This document shows, in pieces, positions 60,401 through 64,000 of a stretch of 64,000 bases of DNA. The first letter of the stretch is position 1; each line of letters begins with the position of its first letter. A program made the translations under genes and the position numbers. Below the pieces are notes generated by a model that saw only the letters and a program-made list of their open reading frames with translations, was not told the origin of the DNA and made no database searches. Origin of the DNA: Phallusia mammillata (lineage: Eukaryota). The DNA is taken from NCBI GenBank assembly GCA_965637545.1, contig OZ281495.1, positions 12,772,001 through 12,836,000 on the forward strand, in the 5' to 3' direction.

Positions 60401-63400
60401 GGAGCCCGAACCCGGCCCGAACGCGAAAGTACAAGCCCGAAACCCTGCTCGAACCCGATTCGTTTTTGAGAAGCACGTTTAGGCCCGAAAGTTTGATTGA
60501 CAGGCCTATACTTGAAGACTCAAAGTCCCAGACAACAAACACAATAGACAATTGGTATCGAACAAGGCGTTTTGGGGCTGTTTGATATTAGGTCAGGTCC
60601 ACCAACTGGCTATTTATCTAGTGATTTTTTTTTTAATCCTGACACAGAATGTACAGTCAGGCCCGAATCAGGCCGTTTTTTGAGAAAAAACAAGCCCGAA
60701 AATCTGGCCTGATTTACAACTCTGCAATGTACTGCTACCTGGTGTATCCTCTTTGCTCAAACGTTTGATCGCGTTTATAATTACAAAACAACTTACTGTC
60801 GGGCAAAACCATATCATTGGAGGAATCTTGGTCGGCATTTCCGCATAATCCACATAGTTTTCCGTTATACGTTGAATCTTCCAACTCGATTTCAGCCAGA
60901 CCGTTGCCGTTCCACATAATTATTATCCCAACTTTCATTACAACTTTCAGATATTGGCCGATGCGAACAATTGAAAAGCGTTCCTGGGCAAACTTTGTGT
61001 GGTCCAAGCTGAATAAAAATGTTTGTATTTTGACAAACAGATGGTTGTTTTTGCACAGCTTTAACTTTTTATTAGGAGCACTTGTGACACACTTTTAATA
61101 CAAAGAGTATTATTTGTAAACTACCGCCAGGCATGCTTTGTACCGATTTTGTGTACTATCTGGATGACGTATAAGAAAATAGCTTCGGAAAATTTTGAAG
61201 AAAGTGGCTTCGGAAAAATCGGATCTTTGCCTAATCCCGATAGATTTTGTGGTCTAATCGGGTCCGGATAGTACAGGGTTTACTATATAACTGGCTTTCA
61301 AAGCATATTTTGCCTGGCATCTTGTGAGATTTTTGGGGTTGGTAATTTACATGAAAAAATGGCAACTAAACTTACACTTTGCCGTTCATCATTGCTACGT
61401 TGTTAGGGAGTAGTGTTAAGCTATCTGATCCTTGAAAGTTAATGATTATCGCCATAAACTCTGCAGTTGTGTTAACAAGAGGAAGCAGTTCTGCCGGAAG
61501 CTGAAACAATAAGCAAAGTATTATGTAGCAATAAATAATTAAAATTAGATACCAACTTGTAGCAGATTTTACAAATTTAAACAGATATGGTTTTAGGTAA
61601 ATGACGGTTTAAACTAAACTCCTTTAAATAATAGTGTAACAGCCATTGCCCTTAAATGCAATTATAAGTCCATGGTATAAAATAACACGCTTTATTTATG
61701 AAATCAGAGTTCAATCGGGCATTTTGGGTCGGGCAAAAATGTTTTTAACAAGCCGGCATAATTCGGGCATGAATTAACATTCTGTGTCTATTATTGTTCA
61801 TTGTATATGTGTTCTTTTTCATATTCTGTACAGCCGTAGTTTTTGTAGGCTTTAATATGGGCATGTAAAACAAACTTTGGGCTTAAGCGTTTTTTTTTTT
61901 TTCAAAACTATTTGGGTTCGGGCCGGGCTTCGGGTTCTAATTTTGGGCTCGCTTACAACTCGGGGTAAAATATTTATTTTTTGTTGCCAAATAGATTAAG
62001 AGTTACCATTTGCTCACCATCTCGTATGCAGTCTGGTTTGCTATCTCTCCCGTTTCGCGATGAATCGGAACATAATCTTCTGGGTTCTTGGACAGTTCAA
62101 TGGAGAAGGTGTGGTCGGTGCAGTCGGAAATCATTGTGTAATGACATATACCAGGAAAATCGTATGAGCTTCCATCAAATGTGCGTATATGTCGAGCACT
62201 CCACATTGTACAAGTGCTTTCAGCGTGCCGGTGAGACGACAATGCTGCAAGGTATCAATTGGATAAGTGTAGGCTATAGGTTAAATCAGGGGTGGGCAAA
62301 CTACGGCCCGCGGGCCGCATGCGGCCCGGCAAAGGAGTTTGTGCGGCCCGCCAAATGTTCACAAACTTTGAAGAGAAAGTTACCGAGCAACGCTGAATAG
62401 AATTATAAGCACAGGCGTAGATTTTTAAAAATACCGGGGATGCGACTTGCCTAAACACAGATACTTTTTACGTGCTTTAGCCTGTTGTTTCTGCCATGCA
62501 AATCGTCACTTGACACAATTTCTTTGTTCGATAAAGTAAAAGCGGTTTACGTTTTGAAATACAGCCCACTTTGCAATGTTGACGCCAAAACTTTGGTCAC
62601 TTTTGAACAAGTTTAGGTTGTTGCAGTACTTTGCAAACGAACATTAAACACGGCTACTAAAAGCGGCTCGCATTGTTTAATGTTAGCGCAAGGAATATTA
62701 ACAAAAAAAACGTGGTGTAGCCTATGTTGAAACAAATGCTTGTTTATTTTTTAAATCAATTACAATTGTAGCTTTTCAACCAATGTGTGTACAATCATAA
62801 AAGTGACAAGAAACGTATTTGCAGATAGCTGAAAATATACTATGTTAATATTTTGGGCTAAATCAGGGGTACACAACGTGCGGCCGTAAGGCGACATGCG
62901 GCCGCGGAGACAAGTTTGTGCGGTCGTGGCCATGTATGTTAAAATACATGTACTGGCGGCCGTGACGTAACTGAAACTATTATGCCTAATATTTTGATTT
63001 TCAAACTGCTAAAAACAGATTTCGTGAAACTGGAAAAAAGATTACCAGCCTAGTGACCTGTGACCATATACGCCAGGCTTTTTACCTGCTTATTATGTGC
63101 AAACAATGCAAAAAACAGGCACCGCAATCGTCACTATACAGTGTATGACGTCATAAACAGTTAGCTCCGTTCAGCTAAACTAATGCACCAAGTTAGAAGT
63201 TATTAATCTGAGCATTTTAGACGGCTTTAAATGGTATATATAGGATATAAACCTAATTCTTTACACAAGTTATTTTAAAACAAAAAAAAAACAAGCAAAC
63301 AATTGGCGGCCGTTGGTGAAATACTATGCGGCCCCATAAGATTAAAAACCTTTGAATGCGGCCCTTGCACTGAAAAGTTTGCCCACCCCTGGGGTAAATC

Positions 63401-63901
63401 AAGGCTTCCTAAATTTTTCAGTTCACGATTTTTAAAACAACATTTTTGCGACTGCAGGTATCAGATAAACAACATTAATTTGTAAATGTCATTGAAACTT
63501 TGTGAAAAATTGACGTACCCAAAAACGTTTAACAGTCAAATAATGTTTTTATGTCACACTTTTAATGTCGACCATATACCACGGAAAAAACTTATGGTTT
63601 AACATGACACCATTGCCTCCACAAGCCCGCAGTTTAAAACTTACACGAAAAACTTCGGGTTTAGTGTAAATGTAGGAATGTTTTGTATCTGATATATTTT
63701 ACAAAGACTTGTAATATATTATTGCAGTTATTAATTTTCGATATGTTTAAAGAATAACCAGAACGAAAACTTCCGTTCTAAATAAAAAAACGGCTTTTTT
63801 CTTACTTAGTTGGCATTGGTCCCCGGCATATCCAGCACTGCAGCTGCACACATTCGGCGAAGTACATTTTCCGCCGTTTTGACACCGCTTCGTGCAAACC
63901 G
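1..63901 (-). CDS. Giant secreted von Willebrand factor/gel-forming mucin-like protein (EGF-D1-D2-D'D3-19xVWA-CysD-VWA-D4-VWC); partial at both ends; 92 exons, ~6,900 aa in window
   Basis: Exons in transcription order (high to low): 63806-63901,62018-62244,61376-61500,60797-61008,59100-59224,58749-58871,58259-58364,57402-57639,57050-57214,56536-56726,56015-56126,55818-55891,55545-55658,54078-54293,53381-53621,52826-52908,52580-52696,52098-52245,50912-51050,50645-50792,49988-50166,49544-49654,49233-49361,48814-48970,48427-48597,47870-47987,44616-47803,44393-44437,44178-44317,43896-44064,43434-43724,42952-42987,42819-42893,40553-40689,40013-40240,39248-39473,38485-38532,37837-37982,37350-37512,36651-36953,36250-36348,35525-35667,35288-35468,34949-35227,33772-33861,33094-33236,32326-32503,31674-31961,31489-31545,28095-28139,27827-27975,27546-27723,27098-27391,25925-26089,25593-25744,24918-25095,23982-24527,23826-23915,23476-23666,22851-23063,19832-22422,19472-19742,18548-19034,18219-18463,17554-17787,16708-16954,16040-16185,15426-15653,14676-14898,13936-14010,13089-13213,12555-12720,11932-12107,11162-11335,10432-10675,9004-9096,8860-8921,7922-8117,7014-7261,6326-6530,5339-5433,5138-5258,4765-4896,3947-4170,3290-3473,2580-2830,1885-1939,1539-1723,1106-1201,601-781,99-136,1-21(partial). 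Every junction is phase-compatible and no internal stop was found. Confidence 0.92.
3947..7261 (-). CDS. D4 assembly (VWD4-C8-TIL), 6 exons
   Basis: [16 protein letters not shown]; GMCGNCD; EFGYNW; C8 [10 protein letters not shown]...[12 protein letters not shown]...CVNWR; [13 protein letters not shown]...EGCFLDCP. Confidence 0.92.
7380..7556. mobile_element. Degraded one-ended copy of the CAGAGTTG-family MITE
   Basis: TCGGGTC/CGGGTTC motifs and terminal GCCCGCTTGCAACTGTG matching 34641-34657. Confidence 0.55.
7922..9096 (-). CDS. Thr linker exons and D4N module
   Basis: ...[14 protein letters not shown]|[21 protein letters not shown]...[12 protein letters not shown]...CNCQWECQC. The 62-nt exon 8860-8921 is needed to restore phase. 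Confidence 0.85.
8717..8835. repeat. Intronic ~50-bp tandem repeat (2.3 copies)
   Basis: TACTTTCAATACTG-like starts at 8717, 8765 and 8822. Confidence 0.8.
9631..10106. repeat. Degenerate 17-bp minisatellite (~28 copies) with palindromic cores
   Basis: Consensus CGAATATTCCGGATAAT, containing the palindromes GAATATTC and TCCGGA. Confidence 0.9.
10108..10209. repeat. hAT-like end (CTGTGGTTCTCAA) followed by a 31-32-bp repeat x2.4
   Basis: GCGTACCACCTGA at 10134, 10166 and 10197; no matching right end or TSD found. Confidence 0.6.
10432..12107 (-). CDS. VWA20 (3 exons)
   Basis: [14 protein letters not shown]...[13 protein letters not shown]...|DVATAL...|VILSIVG...FRFLALG...DSIC. Confidence 0.88.
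12555..14010 (-). CDS. Thr linker plus mucin CysD (Mucin2_WxxW-like) domain, 3 exons
   Basis: [25 protein letters not shown]...DIC...IKCE...[11 protein letters not shown]...[12 protein letters not shown]; resembles the CysD pattern C-WT-W...P...GDxE...C...IxC...C...CxNYxVxxxCC. Confidence 0.75.
14042..14228. mobile_element. hAT-type MITE (187 bp)
   Basis: TIRs CAGTGCTGGATTAA / TTAATCCGGCACTG; perfect TSD GATACACA. Confidence 0.9.
14676..16185 (-). CDS. VWA19 (3 exons)
   Basis: [14 protein letters not shown]...GTH|VAIVTYG...GVTNTGKAL...[17 protein letters not shown]|...YIATVG...NAIC. Confidence 0.9.
16708..18463 (-). CDS. Thr/Glu linker plus VWA18 (3 exons)
   Basis: [16 protein letters not shown]...NETK|VALLLYS...WSVLLVTN...|DIVVVG...EHLC. 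Confidence 0.88.
18548..19742 (-). CDS. End of VWA16, linker and VWA17 (2 exons)
   Basis: FMYNSLC...[14 protein letters not shown]...|RFSLVEYG...EKVVVLML...RLVTVG...NKIC. Confidence 0.9.
19832..22422 (-). CDS. Second giant exon (2,591 nt): end of VWA12, VWA13 (21619-22179), VWA14 (21004-21549), VWA15 (20398-20949), most of VWA16 (from 20325)
   Basis: ORF 19642-22458. [24 protein letters not shown] and DAVFVVDD strands, each Cys-bracketed, separated by Pro/Thr linkers. Confidence 0.92.
22851..23915 (-). CDS. Linker exon plus first two exons of VWA12
   Basis: [14 protein letters not shown]...IGPEAVQ|VAILNEG...KTII|; continues in phase 0 into the second giant exon. Confidence 0.88.
23982..26089 (-). 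CDS. Thr/Gly linker exon plus VWA11 (3 exons) with an internal (VNGG)n insertion
   Basis: [15 protein letters not shown]...|PTVITYDD...|SLVMVID...MFVLIV-[NG repeat]-...QEIC. Confidence 0.87.
24161..24340 (-). repeat. Coding 12-bp repeat encoding (V-N-G-G/E)n
   Basis: CCATTGACCCCG-type units; 14 Asn-Gly dipeptides in frame inside VWA11. Confidence 0.9.
25968..26042 (-). repeat. Coding 9-bp repeat encoding (G-T-T/A)x8
   Basis: AG(T/C)GGTTCC units in the linker exon 25925-26089. Confidence 0.9.
27098..28139 (-). CDS. Linker micro-exon plus VWA10 (3 exons)
   Basis: [16 protein letters not shown]...IGPNDTQ|IGVEFYAD...GFPL...|[11 protein letters not shown]...DAVC. Confidence 0.9.
28860..28957. 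repeat. 49-bp near-perfect tandem duplication
   Basis: CTGAGCACTC(A/C)CGCTGCATTCACCCGCCTTAATCGTAAACAAGTGAATT x2. Confidence 0.9.
29105..29800. repeat. Two diverged ~304-bp tandem units followed by a terminal hairpin; possible Helentron-associated (HINE-like) element
   Basis: TATTTTGGGRTTTAAGGGGT at 29133 and 29437; TTCTTGACCAAA near 29392 and 29695; 9-bp stem GTCCCCTTC-agg-GAAGGGGAC at 29771-29791. The family assignment is inference. Confidence 0.5.
29867..31368. mobile_element. Non-autonomous hAT-type element (1.5 kb)
   Basis: Imperfect TIRs CAGGGACGGATTTA / TAGATCCGCCCATG; perfect TSD GAATCTTC; no transposase-sized ORF inside. Confidence 0.8.
31489..33861 (-). CDS. Linker exon, VWA9 (3 exons) and following linker micro-exon
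   Basis: [16 protein letters not shown]...|VSVIFYGD...GFPL...|[11 protein letters not shown]...DLIC; linker [18 protein letters not shown]. Confidence 0.88.
34145..34657. mobile_element. hAT-type MITE, CAGAGTTG family, with an amplified TCGGGCCGGGT array
   Basis: TIR CAGAGTTGCAAG at both ends; TSD GTTTGTAG / GTTTGTAA. Confidence 0.85.
34157..34300 (+). repeat. 11-bp tandem array (TCGGGCCGGGT)n, ~12 copies
   Basis: Ten consecutive perfect units after two variant units; this array produces the spurious [11 protein letters not shown] ORFs. Confidence 0.95.
34949..36348 (-). CDS. Linker exon plus VWA8 (3 exons)
   Basis: [20 protein letters not shown]...IGPSDTQ|VGIYLYAD...GFPL...|[11 protein letters not shown]...DLVC. 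Confidence 0.9.
36651..38532 (-). CDS. Linker micro-exon plus VWA7 (3 exons)
   Basis: [15 protein letters not shown]...IGPEDTQ|IGVFLYGD...GFPL...|[11 protein letters not shown]...DLVC. Confidence 0.9.
39248..40689 (-). CDS. VWA6 (3 exons), complete MIDAS
   Basis: [16 protein letters not shown]...VGVLQFG...GTTNLYTA...[14 protein letters not shown]...ESIC. The last donor is ambiguous (two in-phase GT sites 6 nt apart). Confidence 0.93.
40778..42724 (-). mobile_element. 5'-truncated non-LTR retrotransposon (RTE-like), intronic, same sense as host, frameshifted and interrupted by a MITE
   Basis: RT motifs [47 protein letters not shown]. Frameshift near 41470. C-terminus [12 protein letters not shown]...SW, stop at 40802-40804. 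No endonuclease domain. Perfect 12-bp TSD CAAGTTCGTTTA at 40766-40777 and 42725-42736. Confidence 0.93.
40960..41258. mobile_element. hAT-type MITE nested in the RTE-like element
   Basis: TIRs CAGTGATTCTCAAACT / AGTTTGAGAACCACTG; 8-bp TSD ATGTAAAC / ATGTGAAC. Removing it restores the RT reading frame ([16 protein letters not shown]). Confidence 0.9.
42819..42987 (-). CDS. Two Thr/Glu-rich linker micro-exons (36 and 75 nt)
   Basis: [12 protein letters not shown] and [24 protein letters not shown]; both phase 1-1 with canonical splice sites. Confidence 0.78.
43434..44437 (-). CDS. Linker micro-exon plus VWA5 (3 exons)
   Basis: [17 protein letters not shown]...MSVIGF...[11 protein letters not shown]...VVVLGV...DSVC; intron phases 1,1,0,1,1. 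Confidence 0.88.
44616..47803 (-). CDS. Giant 3,188-nt exon: end of E3, Thr-rich linker, VWA1 (46960-47529), VWA2 (46246-46860), VWA3 (45631-46209), PTS repeat, VWA4 (44677-45291)
   Basis: ORF 44593-47736 (1047 aa). Four Rossmann-type VWA patterns ([33 protein letters not shown]), each bracketed by Cys. Acceptor at 47804-5, donor at 44614-5. Confidence 0.92.
45364..45534 (-). repeat. Coding 54-bp tandem repeat x3 ([18 protein letters not shown]), mucin-like PTS
   Basis: TGTTACCGC at 45364, 45418, 45472 and 45526; near-identical DNA units. Confidence 0.92.
47870..52696 (-). CDS. D'D3 assembly (TIL'-E'-VWD3-C8-TIL-E), exons 17-26
   Basis: [13 protein letters not shown]...ECQATC; [14 protein letters not shown]; [10 protein letters not shown]; [20 protein letters not shown]; [23 protein letters not shown]...[10 protein letters not shown]. 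Confidence 0.95.
49655..49987 (-). other. GC-AG intron
   Basis: The donor AAG|GCAAGT is the only site giving phase 0 into [11 protein letters not shown]; the nearby GT sites give phase 1. Confidence 0.85.
51169..51939. mobile_element. hAT-type MITE (771 bp)
   Basis: Imperfect TIRs CAGGGTTCCTCAAC / GTTGAAGACCACGG; subterminal GGGGGCGAT motifs at both ends; perfect TSD ATTTAAAC. Confidence 0.85.
52826..57214 (-). CDS. D2 assembly (end of E1, VWD2-C8-TIL-E) and D2-D' linker, exons 9-16
   Basis: [14 protein letters not shown]; [16 protein letters not shown]; FGNSWK; C8 [26 protein letters not shown]; [17 protein letters not shown]; linker [13 protein letters not shown]. Confidence 0.94.
54338..54871. 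mobile_element. hAT-type MITE (534 bp)
   Basis: Perfect 15-bp TIR CAGTGGTTCTTAACC; perfect TSD AACTAGGC. Confidence 0.92.
57402..62244 (-). CDS. D1 assembly (VWD1-C8-TIL-E), exons 2-8
   Basis: [27 protein letters not shown]; [10 protein letters not shown]; C8 (CVSDLCRC...[13 protein letters not shown]); TIL ([18 protein letters not shown]...CVDGCVCP). Confidence 0.93.
59714..60291. mobile_element. hAT-type MITE (578 bp)
   Basis: Ends CAGTCCTGGGCA / TGCCCACCCCTG; subterminal GGCCCGCGGGCC; perfect TSD GTCTAGCT. Confidence 0.88.
60376..60724. mobile_element. hAT-type MITE, CAGAGTTG family
   Basis: TIR CAGAGTTGTAAA / TTTACAACTCTG; GCCCGAA motifs; interior matches 34520-34657 in reverse orientation; TSD TAATGTAA / CAATGTAC (6/8). 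Confidence 0.8.
61705..61963. mobile_element. Degraded CAGAGTTG-family MITE
   Basis: CAGAGTTCAATCGGG at the left; GGGTTCGGGCCGGGCTTCGGG...GCTTACAACTCGG at the right; TSD not convincing. Confidence 0.55.
62287..63391. mobile_element. Composite hAT-type MITE (two left ends, one right end)
   Basis: CAGGGGTGGGCAAACT at 62287, a second CAGGGGT end at 62864, right TIR AGTTTGCCCACCCCTG ending at 63391; flanks GGTTAAAT / GGCTAAAT / GGGTAAAT. Confidence 0.8.
63806..63901 (-). CDS. EGF-like domain exon (phase 1-1), N-terminal to D1
   Basis: 96-nt AG/GT-bounded exon translating [31 protein letters not shown] (six-Cys EGF spacing with the NGGxC motif). Confidence 0.88.
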   Translation of the reverse strand, partial: RFARSGVKTAENVLRRMCAAAVLDMPGTNAN

Positions 63902-64000
63902 CTGTAAACCAAATCCAGATTGGACAAAAAATGGTTCAAATTGACAAACCAAAAGTTTGTAACACATAAATTAGGCCAAGCATTGAAAAATTTTGTACGT

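Noticed and set aside
1-63901. Assigning the symbol VWF, SSPO, MUC or COL6
   Set aside because: No Gly-X-Y collagen, TSP1/LDLa (SCO-spondin) or FA58C (hemolectin) domains were seen, and orthology to VWF needs phylogeny; the symbol was left blank.

Overview
Eukaryotic, AT-rich, intron-rich DNA. Composition and TE content suggest a marine invertebrate, plausibly an ascidian (inference only). The whole 64 kb is the interior of ONE giant minus-strand gene. By hand I reconstructed 92 exons with consistent splice phases (one GC-AG intron, the rest GT-AG): about 20.7 kb of uninterrupted CDS, about 6,900 aa, with both ends outside the window. Domain order: EGF - D1 - D2 - [RLFR|S linker] - D'D3 - 19 VWA domains joined by Thr/Pro-rich linkers - mucin-type CysD - VWA #20 - D4N/D4 - VWC-like Cys-rich modules. 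It combines von Willebrand factor hallmarks (A domains between D3 and D4, propeptide-like linker, D3 multimerisation cysteines) with gel-forming-mucin hallmarks (CysD, PTS spacers, GDPH motifs), with the A array expanded to 20. Introns hold a 5'-truncated RTE-like LINE with a nested MITE, nine hAT-type non-autonomous elements with 8-bp TSDs, and several minisatellites. No RNA genes or CRISPR arrays were seen. All coordinates and translations are manual and need RNA-seq confirmation.
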